Assembly: GCA_022841445.1 (NCBI GenBank)
Contig: JALHRM010000001.1
Location: 259,777 to 323,776, forward strand
Direction of reading: 5' to 3'
Source: Candidatus Saccharimonadota bacterium
Lineage (GTDB): Bacteria; Patescibacteriota; Saccharimonadia; Saccharimonadales; UBA10212
Length of the DNA stretch: 64,000 nt
The notes under the pieces are model-generated. The model was not told where the DNA came from, did not search any database, and worked only from the letters and a program-made list of their open reading frames with translations. Below, piece by piece: positions 1 through 10,056 of this stretch (its first letter is position 1; the number at the start of each line of letters is the position of its first letter). A program made the translations under genes and the position numbers.

Positions 1-271
1 AAGTGCCGGCAGTATCACGCTAAAAATTAATGACAATAAAGTGAGTATTACATCTGTTGCTTCTCAGCTTGGCGAAAACACTGCCGAAGCAAACGCAGAA
101 GTAACGGGCGGCGGCGAGGTAACACTAAATTCAAGGTACCTCGCCGATGCGCTAAATGTTATGAGTGGTGACGAAGTGGAATTTTGCTTTAACGGCAAAC
201 TAGAACCCTGCCTGCTACGCGATACTGCAGATTCTGAGTATAATCACGTCATCATGCCCCTCCGTACGTAG
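1..271 (+). CDS. dnaN: DNA polymerase III beta sliding clamp, C-terminal part (5' truncated by window edge)
   Basis: Frame is open from the window start (SAGSITLKIND...); has LNSRYLADAL and the terminal HVIMPLR typical of beta clamps; lies directly upstream of recF. Confidence 0.93.
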   Translation, partial: SAGSITLKINDNKVSITSVASQLGENTAEANAEVTGGGEVTLNSRYLADALNVMSGDEVEFCFNGKLEPCLLRDTADSEYNHVIMPLRT

Positions 272-451
272 AGACAAAACGTCTCACTTGCCCTACAAAA
301 CCCAACCACTTTCGCCTCAGCTAGTTATTTCATTTGTCACAATATATACGAATATGTCTACACCCGAAAAAGCTGGCTGGAACTAAATTGACTAGCTTTT
401 ATTTAGAGGCATTTGAAAGTGTTTTGTCCCTAGTTGTTTATACTTAAGCAA

Positions 452-1504
452 GTGATTAGTAATATTCGCTTGCAAAACTTTCGCTCGTATATGGATGAAT
501 CATTCGAGTTTAGTGGTGACGTCAATATAATAGTTGGCCCAAATGGCGTTGGTAAGACAAATCTATTAGAAGCAGTTCTTTTTCTAGCTCGTGGACAATC
601 ATATCGCGCAAAACCTGCCGACTTAGTAAGATTTGAACAAGAGTGGGCACGACTAGAAGCTGATTTTGGCAGCGGCCAGCGAATAGTAAAAGTTAAAGCC
701 GACGAGGGTGTAGTGAAGCCCGAATACGAAATAGACGGCAAAAAGTATAAACGGCTAGGGATGGGAAAGTTTGTACCGGCAGTATTATTCGAACCTAATG
801 ATCTGCAGCTTCTCATTCGTAGTCCGGAATCACGACGTGAATATATCGATGGGTTGTTAGCCCGCACTGACCCAGAATTTAGCGGAACTAAAAACACGTA
901 CATCAGAACCCTGCGTCAGCGAAATGCTCTATTGAAACGCCCTCAGAACTCGCAGGATGAACTGTTCGTTTGGAATGTGCAGCTCAGTGAGTCGGGTGCT
1001 AGGCTGGCGCAAAAACGACTCCTACTAATCAACGAAATCAATAGTGTCATCGCCAAACATTACCAAAACATTGCCCAGAAACCGACAAAGCTGTCCCTGC
1101 ACTACCTAACAGCACTCAATCCAGAAAACTACGGGAGTAGTTTCTTGAAAAAGCTTGAAGCGAGCGAACAACTCGACTATTTACGTGGCTTCACAGGTTC
1201 TGGCCCCCACCGTGACGACGTAGGGTTTGAAATTAACAGCCAGTCAGCAGCTTTGTCAGCCTCCCGAGGAGAAACGCGCACCATACTACTCGCACTTAAG
1301 ATTTTTGAGATGGAACTCCTTGAAAAAGTTTTTCAAAGCACGCCCATATTGCTGTTAGATGATGTTTTTAGCGAGCTTGACGGCAAGCGTCGGCGATACC
1401 TGGTAGAAAGCTTGAAACAACACCAGGTTTTTATCACCACCACGGACGCGGATGCCGTCATCGAACATTTCACTACCGGCCACAACCTCATCGCCCTATC
1501 GTAA
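452..1504 (+). CDS. recF: DNA replication and repair protein RecF
   Basis: NFRSY, Walker A GPNGVGKTN, QRNALLK, GPHRDD, signature SRGE and Walker B LLLDDVFSELD; follows dnaN. GTG 452 chosen as start (TATACT 7 nt upstream). Confidence 0.95.
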   Translation: MISNIRLQNFRSYMDESFEFSGDVNIIVGPNGVGKTNLLEAVLFLARGQSYRAKPADLVRFEQEWARLEADFGSGQRIVKVKADEGVVKPEYEIDGKKYKRLGMGKFVPAVLFEPNDLQLLIRSPESRREYIDGLLARTDPEFSGTKNTYIRTLRQRNALLKRPQNSQDELFVWNVQLSESGARLAQKRLLLINEINSVIAKHYQNIAQKPTKLSLHYLTALNPENYGSSFLKKLEASEQLDYLRGFTGSGPHRDDVGFEINSQSAALSASRGETRTILLALKIFEMELLEKVFQSTPILLLDDVFSELDGKRRRYLVESLKQHQVFITTTDADAVIEHFTTGHNLIALS

Positions 1505-1506
1505 AA

Positions 1507-2001
1507 CTATTGAGCTGGGTCTTGTTCGGCGGCCTCTTCTTGAACTGCATCAGTATAAACAAGAATTGTTTTTTTATAGTCTGTGCCCACGATGCTAAAC
1601 CCAAGTTTATCAAAATCAACGGTTCGGTCTACTTCAACAGTAAAGTTCTTCTTTGGGTTCTTCGTCTCTACTTTGAAATTAATTAAGCCACTTTTAGGAA
1701 CAGTGGGATTACCAAGCATTGTGGCTGCTTGGACGTCTTCTCCAATTCTTGAAACGATGTAATCGCTTACTGCCTGCTGCACTGCAAAGTACTGCTCGTC
1801 AAAAAGCAGATCCTGTAAGCGACCTTCATCGTTTAGGTATATTCGGTGAGAGTCACCATCTTCCACTGATTGGTTACGTAAAGTGCCGGTATTACCAATA
1901 ATAGCGATAAGGATGAATAATCCAACGCCTAACATTAACAGAAGTAGAATTAATTTTTGCTTTGGAGTTAAGTTTGAAAAGCGATTCTTTATATTTTGCA
2001 T
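1507..2001 (-). CDS. Single-TM membrane protein, last gene of the T4SS operon
   Basis: 164 aa; basic N-terminus followed by a hydrophobic helix (LILLLLMLGVGLFILIAII); co-oriented 13 nt downstream of the hydrolase gene. Confidence 0.7.
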   Translation of the reverse strand: MQNIKNRFSNLTPKQKLILLLLMLGVGLFILIAIIGNTGTLRNQSVEDGDSHRIYLNDEGRLQDLLFDEQYFAVQQAVSDYIVSRIGEDVQAATMLGNPTVPKSGLINFKVETKNPKKNFTVEVDRTVDFDKLGFSIVGTDYKKTILVYTDAVQEEAAEQDPAQ

Positions 2002-2014
2002 AATTTAAGCGCCT

Positions 2015-4111
2015 TTAGTTACATTGCCTACATTCTACGTCAGTGAGCAGACCGACAGCCTGGTAGGCTTGTATTGGGTTTATTGCTTTTTCGACGCTGT
2101 ATTCTCTATCATCCGAGCCTGGACCATATAGTTCGAGGTGAATGTGTGTTGGCCCTGCCCAGTCTTTGACACCTCCAATTACATCTCCGGCATTCACGGT
2201 TTGCCCTTCACTGATGGTATCTGAAGGTGATATATGACGAAGTGTCCATAAGCGACCTTCGGTATCACGAACGCTTATCGTACCTCCGAACACCTGCCCG
2301 GTCGCCTTTTGACCAGGGTTTGGGTCGGGGCTTAGCCTTGCGATTTTACCGCTTGCAGGCGCCTTTACGGGACTGTTCGCTGGCGCGAACCAGTCAATTG
2401 CCATATGGAACTTCTGCCCCGAGCTGTTTGGTTGTCCCTCTGCATCGGCGTAGCCGTAACTTCCTCCAGGAGGTTTTGTGTGCAAGATAGGCACAAGACC
2501 ACCTATTGCACTAGCAGACCCACAGCCACTATCGTCGCCCGTTGCACTCGCTGGAGTGTCTGCGCTTGCACCTCCACCCCCGCTGACGCCTGCGTCACCT
2601 AGCAGTTTACGGACACCGTCTTCGATAGTTCTTATATATCTCGGTGTGTCATTCTCAACTGAGGGGGCGTAACGGTTCATGATTTGGCTTATGGTTGTGA
2701 AGTTCGATGGTGGTCCGAGGTACAGCCTTCCCGAAAGAAGCTTGTAATGCTCTTCCATGGCTACGATGATACTGGGATACGGCCCAAATCGTGTTGAAGC
2801 GTTTGAATTATGAGTAACCGCCCAAAAGTTGTATTGTCCCGGCCCTCCCGGCCCGACCAGATCGGTGCGTACGGTGCCAAACTGATACTCTACCTGTGCA
2901 ATAACAACGGGGATGGTTGGGTTAATGTCGTACTGTTGACCAAAACGCACAAAATCATCAGCAAAAGGTATGAGTGGCGAAGAAGGCCATCCTTTTTGTA
3001 TGTATTCTTTTATGGCGGCAGAAAGCGCTGCGGTATCATCAAGCGCAGGGAATCGTACTCCGGTTAATGGCCCTCCGTCGGATGGTCCCCCCAGGCTGGC
3101 ATCACAACAAGCGGGTCCGTCTGGGTCATACAAGGGCGCTTCTAATTCCAAAAGAATGTCGTTTATATTGCTATTTGCGGCAGCCCCCTGCGCTGATTCT
3201 GCGGAAGCTTCGGGTGCGCAGGTGCTATTTGCTGGATCATCACTAGCAACTCCTTGTGCAATAAATTCATAAACCTGTTTAGATAGTCCGGCAATGCGCT
3301 GTTTTGTGGTGGCGAGGTCGGGGTTTTTATTGGTTAAAACCACCAATACGTAGGTTTTATCCCCTGCTTTTACAATTGCTGCATCATGAGACTTACCATT
3401 GCTTACCGAATGAATTTCACCGGTTTTGTTACCAAATTCGGTACCCGGCGGCAGCCCGGCAGGTATTTTTTCTTTATGGTACTGCTGCTTTAAAAGTGCA
3501 TACATCTCTTGTGATGCTCCCTTGCTTAACCACGTTTCTTTGGCGATGTCGCTCATTAGTTTGGCGACATCGTTAGCATTGGTTCTAAGTGGTGAAAAAA
3601 ACGTGCCGGTATAGCCGGGTACTTTTGAATACTTCTTGCGCGCCTCATCTAAAAAGGTCTTGCCACAAATATTGTCGGAGTAAATGACCATTTTATTTAA
3701 ACATTCAGCTACCGTTGCCGACTGGCCGGTGGGAATGCTAGGCCAGATAGCATTTACACAAGCCTGGTTGCCATTGCAGTCACTTACGTTTTCTTCATGC
3801 TGTTCGGCAACATCTTTTAATACAAAACTTTGATTGAAGCGCAAGTTACCGGCCTCCCGTTCTTTGAACAGGTATTCAGCAACAAACAGTTTATACAGAC
3901 TAGCGCTCGTAAAAGACGTACCACCGTTTAGGCGGGCTTCTGAATTGTCGGTTAGGTTGCTAACCACTACTGCGGATCCTGGGTTGTTCCTGCCAAATTG
4001 AGTCACGATTTCGTTTAATGACCCAGGTGCGGCTTCGATTACGACAGTCCCTAAAAGCGTTAACATAGCAGCCGAAAATACAACTACCAAATATTTTTTT
4101 ATACGTTTCAT
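2015..4111 (-). CDS. Secreted tri-domain cell-wall enzyme: SxxK serine hydrolase (class A beta-lactamase-like fold) + lysozyme/GH73-like + M23 peptidase
   Basis: Signal peptide; SASLYK, YSDN and NKTG triad motifs; middle AQVEYQFG...YNFW...MNRYAP muramidase-like segment; C-terminal HMAID...HIHLE M23 Zn motifs; Cys/Gly/Ser linkers. Confidence 0.8.
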   Translation of the reverse strand: MKRIKKYLVVVFSAAMLTLLGTVVIEAAPGSLNEIVTQFGRNNPGSAVVVSNLTDNSEARLNGGTSFTSASLYKLFVAEYLFKEREAGNLRFNQSFVLKDVAEQHEENVSDCNGNQACVNAIWPSIPTGQSATVAECLNKMVIYSDNICGKTFLDEARKKYSKVPGYTGTFFSPLRTNANDVAKLMSDIAKETWLSKGASQEMYALLKQQYHKEKIPAGLPPGTEFGNKTGEIHSVSNGKSHDAAIVKAGDKTYVLVVLTNKNPDLATTKQRIAGLSKQVYEFIAQGVASDDPANSTCAPEASAESAQGAAANSNINDILLELEAPLYDPDGPACCDASLGGPSDGGPLTGVRFPALDDTAALSAAIKEYIQKGWPSSPLIPFADDFVRFGQQYDINPTIPVVIAQVEYQFGTVRTDLVGPGGPGQYNFWAVTHNSNASTRFGPYPSIIVAMEEHYKLLSGRLYLGPPSNFTTISQIMNRYAPSVENDTPRYIRTIEDGVRKLLGDAGVSGGGGASADTPASATGDDSGCGSASAIGGLVPILHTKPPGGSYGYADAEGQPNSSGQKFHMAIDWFAPANSPVKAPASGKIARLSPDPNPGQKATGQVFGGTISVRDTEGRLWTLRHISPSDTISEGQTVNAGDVIGGVKDWAGPTHIHLELYGPGSDDREYSVEKAINPIQAYQAVGLLTDVECRQCN

Positions 4112-7100
4112 TGTGGGCAGTCCGCCACTGTCGTTAGCCTGTATTGGTCGGCTATCCGAACATGGAAGTGATGATGGTGATTATCTTCGTATTGCATTAC
4201 GCCGGGCAACCCTTTGCTTCTAACATATGTATTAAAATCACTTTGAACAGCAGGGTCATTATAGAATATATACTTTATAATTCCAGTGTCTGCAAACATT
4301 CTGCCCAGGTCTTTACTGGCTTGCACGCTACCGGCAGTATTGGCCGCTATTTGTCCTTGGGTGGTGATGTCTACATCCACACCGTTTTCGTGACTGGCAT
4401 GCCCAGCCGCCGCGTTAAGGTCGCCAACTATAAGTTTATTACTCGGGTATTTTTGATTCCAGGCCTTAGACACTGTATAAATTGCATTTACCAGTTCTTT
4501 GCTACCACAGCGCTCAGTAGGCGGTGTGTTGGGGCTAAAGACGTATTCTCCCCCTGGGGCTTCGGGCATTCTGTAATAATTTGTGCCGGCAACCTGCGTA
4601 GCACCCGGCAAGGATGATAAGCCAACAGAGCCCTTAAAGTAAGGGGTTAGCTCATCATTTACGACTTTTAATGCAACGGCAGGACTGGCTGCTATGTTAT
4701 TTGTTGAATCATACCCATCGCAGAAAGGCGCAAATGTTCCACTAAGGCACTCTGGTGTGACATTACGGTCAACAAGAGTAAACCCTGTAGCTGGATCTCT
4801 CATCAGCAGTGATTTGCGCAGTGGCCCTGTTGCATTAATAATGGTGTTGTATTCACTTGAACCCTGGTTGTGGCCAACCAGAACGGCAACATCGGCTAGG
4901 ATTTCTTGGATGGTCTTATCTGGGTTGCGTTGTCTCGCTACAGCTTCAACTTGAGCGAGGTTAAAATTGGCGAACTGCACGCCGGCCATCCCAATTTGCC
5001 AGAGACCGGCGCTACAAAGCTCAAGAATATTACTCTTTTGCCCTTGACTGCCACAGTTTGAATTACGGTGTGGGTTGCCACCGGGAATGATATTTCCGTT
5101 AAGTATTCCTTCCTTTAGCGACCACCAGGTGACGCGCGCTGCCATTGCTGCTTGTTCATTTGCGCTGCCAGGAAGCCGCGCCATCACATCGTCTTTTATG
5201 TACTTCACCCACCTTACCTCATTAGGATTTAGCGTATAGCCGTTTAGTGAAGTCAGGCTTACATCTCCCGTAGACTCTTCGGCTGTGTCGGCGGCTGGCT
5301 GGCTATTATCGCTGTAACCATCGTCGTCGGTGTACCCAAACCGCGTACCTATGCCACCGCGGACGGCATTGTCTCTTAACCAGCAGTTATGGATTGTTTT
5401 TGCAGTGGTGTCTTCTTGGTCGGGGTCACCAACGGCGGCACCCACTTTCTCGTATACGTAGTCATACCAGTCATTGCTGTTTGTCATAAGTTCCCACGTA
5501 AGTTCAGTGTCTGGTACTCGTGCAACTCCCAGAACCGCTTGGATATTGCTCCCTTGTTTTGGCTGGCTCGTTATGGGTTTAAGCTGGTCACATTCTGGCG
5601 GCCAGTCATAGCTGTCAATGGCGGCTACTTTTGCCCCAGCGTAGGAGTCATTAGTGACCGGCTGGGCGCCGACTCGATTAAATAACATACCTGGTAGTAC
5701 ATTTTTGATGTTAGACAGACTAGAACCTACTACGCTAAAAACGTCCGGCGTGTCGTTTATTCCGTCTGCTGTGCTAAACAAAGTTCTTGAAGCGAGTGAG
5801 TCGTACTGATTAAGTGAAAAGTACCTTTCATTAAAACTCAGGCTGCGGTCGGCCTCGGCGCCAGCAAGGAGCTGTTGAGCATGGTTGGCGCTGGTTGCGG
5901 TTGTGACGGCTGCTCCGAGCATGCGGCTAGTGGATTCGGCGGTATAGGCGGCACCCTGCACGATGTAGTTCATGAACACCCCCCCGGGTTCTAGGCCACT
6001 CAAGATTGGACCCGCACCCAAAAATGCTGCAATCTTGTTGGCGATAATTGACATAAGTCGAGCAAGGTCATCATCAAGACCTAGAACTGCAATAAATTTT
6101 TCAACCACAAAATTTACGGCTCCACCAAAGACTTCAGCTATCTTTAAAATTCCATCGAATATTTTCCCAAAAAACGAATCCCTTGCTGCCCGTACAGCTT
6201 CCGCAATCGGGCCTGTAATTTTGCCGATGGTACTCAGGTAGGCATCTTCCAGTTGTTCGGCGCGATTTGCTGATCCAATAACCGCATCCGGACAGAGGTA
6301 GTGGTACTGCTTATCGTTTTCAATGATTTCTTTTTCGTTTTCAGGGTTAGAAAGTTTAGCTTGATGGTCTGGTTCGCAGTAAGCCGTCCTTCCGAGATTA
6401 CTTGGTCCAGCCGCATATACCTTGCCGGGTTCTGATGCTTCAGCGGATCGAACCGGAGAACTACCAGCCACCGCCACCGCCCAGGCTTCACTATTTGATG
6501 CATTCCCGAGTACTTGCATAAAAGCATCAAATTCTTCTGGAGTGACGTCGCCCTTTATAATTTGGTCTCTGGATGTTTTCATCACCTGATACAAGCCGAC
6601 GGCTTGCGTTGCTTTAGCGACTTGGACGGTTTTGGCGATTGCTCCGCTTCGTATGTTGCTGTCGATTTTTTCGATAAGGTCGACGGTCGCTGCAATGTTT
6701 ACGACACTGAATGCGACGCCGGTGCGTTTAAGTATTTCGCTCAGGAACTCGGCGGTTTTATACGTCTCCGTACCAGTTGTGGTGGTTTGGGTACCGTCTG
6801 GGTTATCGGTTGTCCGAGACGTAGTAATGCTCTGGTCGTTTGTTCCGTTATCACCCACCACTGTTGTGGTGTCTGCTCTATGCTGTGGATCACTCGGGTC
6901 GTCACTCTTTTTACAATCAGACAATCCAAACAGGCAACGGACTAGCTTGCCGTTCTTTGTGCTTTCTGGCAGGGCTTTGTCGAGTATTTTGTTGCGGATA
7001 TTGGTGCGTCTTTCTTCTAGATTGCTACGTGTTTTTTCAAAAAACCGCCAGTCCCTGACACCGGTCATATTTTGAATCGACTTTCTAAGCATGCGCCGCT

Positions 7101-8121
7101 CAAACACTTTATAGAACCGGGTTTCGTCGTGCACAATTTGTTTTATTTGTTTTCTGGCGGCTTTATCATCATTAAAAACCGAAGCATTAACAAACTCGCG
7201 GAGTCTACCATTCATTTGATTGACATCAATATCTGCTACACCTTGGCGTTGAGCTGGAGTTAATCCCAGTTGGTCTGGCCCAAGCACTGCACGGGCTGTT
7301 TTGAACCTTGTATCAAATGTAACTACGGCTGGCCTGAATATAATCTGATTGCCTTCCCTCCTAGCCACGCTAGCAAATTTTATTCCATGCTTTTCAAAAA
7401 CCTGCCGCTCAAACGCCGAAGTCTTTGTGTTTGAACCACGTAGTACCCTGTACCACTTGTAAACGGGGTTGCCTGTATCAACGTTATTTGCACGGAGTAT
7501 TAGGTTGTCAGGGTCGTTGGGTCTGTCTAGGTTTGGGCTGTCGCCTATATCGGCAAGGCGCATTATCATATACGTTCGTATGTATTCATTCGATCTGCCG
7601 TCTAGGTTCCCATTCAGCCTCGCAAACGTACGGGCATCGATATTTTGCAGTAGCGTATCTAATTTGAAAACGTTCAAAAAACCTAAAATTGCAGCTAAAA
7701 CAATAATCAGCGATATTCCGCCGGCACCCAAACTTACAAGCAAACCACGCCGCTTAAGGAAGCTGCGTTTTTCGCCTTTTTTTTCGTCCGAGGCGGTGTA
7801 GTTTATCTGTTCTTCGGGCGGTGTATTTTCCGCATCGCCGTCTTCGTTTTCTTTTTGGTCTAGTTCGTCTGGGTCAAGGTGCTTTTTATCTTTCAGCCCA
7901 GCACCTTCGTTCTCGGTCTCGGCCTGTCTTTTGGCTACTGCTGGGTGGGCAGCATCATCGTATACTTGCTGGCCTGATGGCTTTACTGCACCTGGCTGGC
8001 TTTGTTTTGAACGAAGATGGTCAATTCCCTCTTGACTTGCGGTCGGGATTTGCTCCAACGGATCCTCGGACTTTCTCAGTCTTCCTTGTTTTGATCGAGG
8101 GTCTTGCGTTGACTGAGCCAT
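4108..8121 (-). CDS. Large (1337 aa) membrane-anchored T4SS-associated protein with a C-terminal MepA/LAS-type murein endopeptidase and a possible lytic transglycosylase domain
   Basis: Disordered N-terminus, TM near aa 125-150, C-terminal GDLN...GHASHENGVDVD...HHHHFHVRI (LAS Zn motifs), internal SLKEG...AGLWQI; directly downstream of virB4 and overlaps the next gene by 4 nt. Confidence 0.7.
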   Translation of the reverse strand: MAQSTQDPRSKQGRLRKSEDPLEQIPTASQEGIDHLRSKQSQPGAVKPSGQQVYDDAAHPAVAKRQAETENEGAGLKDKKHLDPDELDQKENEDGDAENTPPEEQINYTASDEKKGEKRSFLKRRGLLVSLGAGGISLIIVLAAILGFLNVFKLDTLLQNIDARTFARLNGNLDGRSNEYIRTYMIMRLADIGDSPNLDRPNDPDNLILRANNVDTGNPVYKWYRVLRGSNTKTSAFERQVFEKHGIKFASVARREGNQIIFRPAVVTFDTRFKTARAVLGPDQLGLTPAQRQGVADIDVNQMNGRLREFVNASVFNDDKAARKQIKQIVHDETRFYKVFERRMLRKSIQNMTGVRDWRFFEKTRSNLEERRTNIRNKILDKALPESTKNGKLVRCLFGLSDCKKSDDPSDPQHRADTTTVVGDNGTNDQSITTSRTTDNPDGTQTTTTGTETYKTAEFLSEILKRTGVAFSVVNIAATVDLIEKIDSNIRSGAIAKTVQVAKATQAVGLYQVMKTSRDQIIKGDVTPEEFDAFMQVLGNASNSEAWAVAVAGSSPVRSAEASEPGKVYAAGPSNLGRTAYCEPDHQAKLSNPENEKEIIENDKQYHYLCPDAVIGSANRAEQLEDAYLSTIGKITGPIAEAVRAARDSFFGKIFDGILKIAEVFGGAVNFVVEKFIAVLGLDDDLARLMSIIANKIAAFLGAGPILSGLEPGGVFMNYIVQGAAYTAESTSRMLGAAVTTATSANHAQQLLAGAEADRSLSFNERYFSLNQYDSLASRTLFSTADGINDTPDVFSVVGSSLSNIKNVLPGMLFNRVGAQPVTNDSYAGAKVAAIDSYDWPPECDQLKPITSQPKQGSNIQAVLGVARVPDTELTWELMTNSNDWYDYVYEKVGAAVGDPDQEDTTAKTIHNCWLRDNAVRGGIGTRFGYTDDDGYSDNSQPAADTAEESTGDVSLTSLNGYTLNPNEVRWVKYIKDDVMARLPGSANEQAAMAARVTWWSLKEGILNGNIIPGGNPHRNSNCGSQGQKSNILELCSAGLWQIGMAGVQFANFNLAQVEAVARQRNPDKTIQEILADVAVLVGHNQGSSEYNTIINATGPLRKSLLMRDPATGFTLVDRNVTPECLSGTFAPFCDGYDSTNNIAASPAVALKVVNDELTPYFKGSVGLSSLPGATQVAGTNYYRMPEAPGGEYVFSPNTPPTERCGSKELVNAIYTVSKAWNQKYPSNKLIVGDLNAAAGHASHENGVDVDITTQGQIAANTAGSVQASKDLGRMFADTGIIKYIFYNDPAVQSDFNTYVRSKGLPGVMQYEDNHHHHFHVRIADQYRLTTVADCPQ

Positions 8122-8133
8122 CGTTTATTCTTT

Positions 8134-10035
8134 CTATACTCCTGGTGCTAGCGGATTTTGTAGATCTATGGAACCTTGTCCGGCATTAATCTCACCTTGT
8201 TTGATGGCTTGCACCTCGCCAGGGTTAGTGGTTATCAGGCTGGCTTCGGTTGGGCTTGGCACAATCTGAATATGCACATGGTTCTGACCGGCAAAGAATA
8301 ATCCCTGCCCGACAGGGAATTGGCTGAGGCGTTTGCGCTCTTCGCTGGTGAGTTTGAACACATCGGCCAGTACATCCACTGCACTGCTGGATTGCTTCAG
8401 TAGTAGCTGCATAGAGGCGTTGGCGACAATGGCGCGCCCCATGCGTGAGCCGATAAAGTCTTCTACGTCCTGGGTGATAGTGGTAATCCCAAGGTTGTAC
8501 TTGCGAGCGCGCTTGGCAAGTGAAAACAAAAAGTTCGCGCTGTCTTCATATTTCATAAGCTGCCAAGCCTCATCAACGATCAGAATTCGCCGCTTTTGGT
8601 CGCTCTTTGTTTTGTTCCAGATGTAATTGAGCACTATGTACATGGCTACCGGGCGCAACTCGTCTTCAAGGTCACGAATATTAAAAACGACTAACGGATT
8701 ATTAACGCTCACATTGCTCGGCTGGCTGAATATCCCCGCAAACGTACCTGTGGTGTACTTGCGGAGCCGCTGTGATAGCTGCGGGCCAGTTCCTCCCATA
8801 TGGAGCAGTGTGTTGTACAGGTCGGCAATAGTCGGCGGCGGTGAGCCGTGAGTCAGCGGATCATTAGTGATGCCGGCTTTGGCATATGTTTCAATCAGTG
8901 CGGCGTCGAGGTCGGCCTCTTCAACTGGAGTCATAGCCGGAACTGTTGCCATACCCCCGCCCTGCATCTGAGCTTGCGCACCACCCATCATCAATCGTAG
9001 TAAACCGTGCAGGGTTATGAGGTTTGAGCGTAGGGCGTTATCGGCTTCTTCAGAATCCACAACTTGCGGGAGGTCAAATGGGTTGATCCGTGTCGCGCTG
9101 TTGAGGCTGAGCCGAACGTACGCCCCGCCAACGGCGTCACACATGCGCTGATATTCGTTTTCAGGGTCGATAATAAATATCTCAGTACCCATCATTAGGC
9201 TGCGCAGGGCTTCTAGTTTTACGGTAAAGCTCTTGCCCGCACCAGACTTGGCAAAGACAACACTATTGCCGTTTTCTAAGGAAAAGCGATCAAAAATAAC
9301 CAATCCGGAGTTGTGCATGTTGATGCCGTAAAGGATTCCCTTGTCGTCCGACAAATCGGCACTAGTAAACGGAAACGTGGTGCTTAGTGCTCCGGTGTTC
9401 ATGTTGCGGTAAATCTTTAGTTGGTCGGCAAATTGTGGAATCGTACTGTTCAGCCCCTGTTCCTGCTGTGCTGTTGCCGGCTTAGAGTAAACCAGCTGCT
9501 GCCCAAGCAGGGACTCAACCTTATTGCTGACAAACTCCAATTCTTCTTCGGAGTTGCCATACAGCGTAAAGTAAAAACCAAATCGGAAGAATCGTTCTTC
9601 GCCAACCTGCAACTTATCCCGCATTTCCTCGGCGTCGAGGATCTGAGCTTGCTTGCCCGGATCTCGCACTCTCCCCTTTTCGGCATCAATCTGAATGCCG
9701 GCTTCCAGTTGGGTCACTTTCTTTCGGAGGTTATCCAGAACAATTTCGGACCTCACAGGGTAAACCATTAGTGATATGTCCACAATCTCATCCAAATTAA
9801 TCATGCTGCCCAGCCATCCAGTAAATATTTGGCGTGGGTAGCCGTAAACGTAGTATGTTCTGGCAAAGCGGGTTCCTAGCTGGAATAAGTTGCCTTTGAA
9901 CTCGAGAGAACTTGGAGCAATAAAGTCACGCAGCGCCGTGATGCCTTTTTGGAAGGCGGCCTGCACTTCTTGTTGTTCACGGACTTGCTGTTGCTGGGCG
10001 AGCAACACCGGGTCAATCTTTTTTTGCTTAGCCAC
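8134..10035 (-). CDS. virB4: VirB4/TraC-family type IV secretion ATPase
   Basis: Walker A AKSGAGKS, IIDPENEY, INPFD, Walker B IVDEAW, RARKY, ITQD; 633 aa. Confidence 0.92.
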   Translation of the reverse strand: MAKQKKIDPVLLAQQQQVREQQEVQAAFQKGITALRDFIAPSSLEFKGNLFQLGTRFARTYYVYGYPRQIFTGWLGSMINLDEIVDISLMVYPVRSEIVLDNLRKKVTQLEAGIQIDAEKGRVRDPGKQAQILDAEEMRDKLQVGEERFFRFGFYFTLYGNSEEELEFVSNKVESLLGQQLVYSKPATAQQEQGLNSTIPQFADQLKIYRNMNTGALSTTFPFTSADLSDDKGILYGINMHNSGLVIFDRFSLENGNSVVFAKSGAGKSFTVKLEALRSLMMGTEIFIIDPENEYQRMCDAVGGAYVRLSLNSATRINPFDLPQVVDSEEADNALRSNLITLHGLLRLMMGGAQAQMQGGGMATVPAMTPVEEADLDAALIETYAKAGITNDPLTHGSPPPTIADLYNTLLHMGGTGPQLSQRLRKYTTGTFAGIFSQPSNVSVNNPLVVFNIRDLEDELRPVAMYIVLNYIWNKTKSDQKRRILIVDEAWQLMKYEDSANFLFSLAKRARKYNLGITTITQDVEDFIGSRMGRAIVANASMQLLLKQSSSAVDVLADVFKLTSEERKRLSQFPVGQGLFFAGQNHVHIQIVPSPTEASLITTNPGEVQAIKQGEINAGQGSIDLQNPLAPGV

Positions 10036-10056
10036 AATTTACTCCAAAGTTTGTGT

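Noticed and set aside
272..451. Possible oriC/DnaA-box region between dnaN and recF
   Set aside because: No TTATCCACA-like boxes or clear DUE repeats found by eye; only two small hairpins.
2015..4111. Bona fide class A beta-lactamase resistance gene
   Set aside because: The omega loop/Glu166 motif is missing and the domain is fused to wall hydrolases; resistance is not supported.
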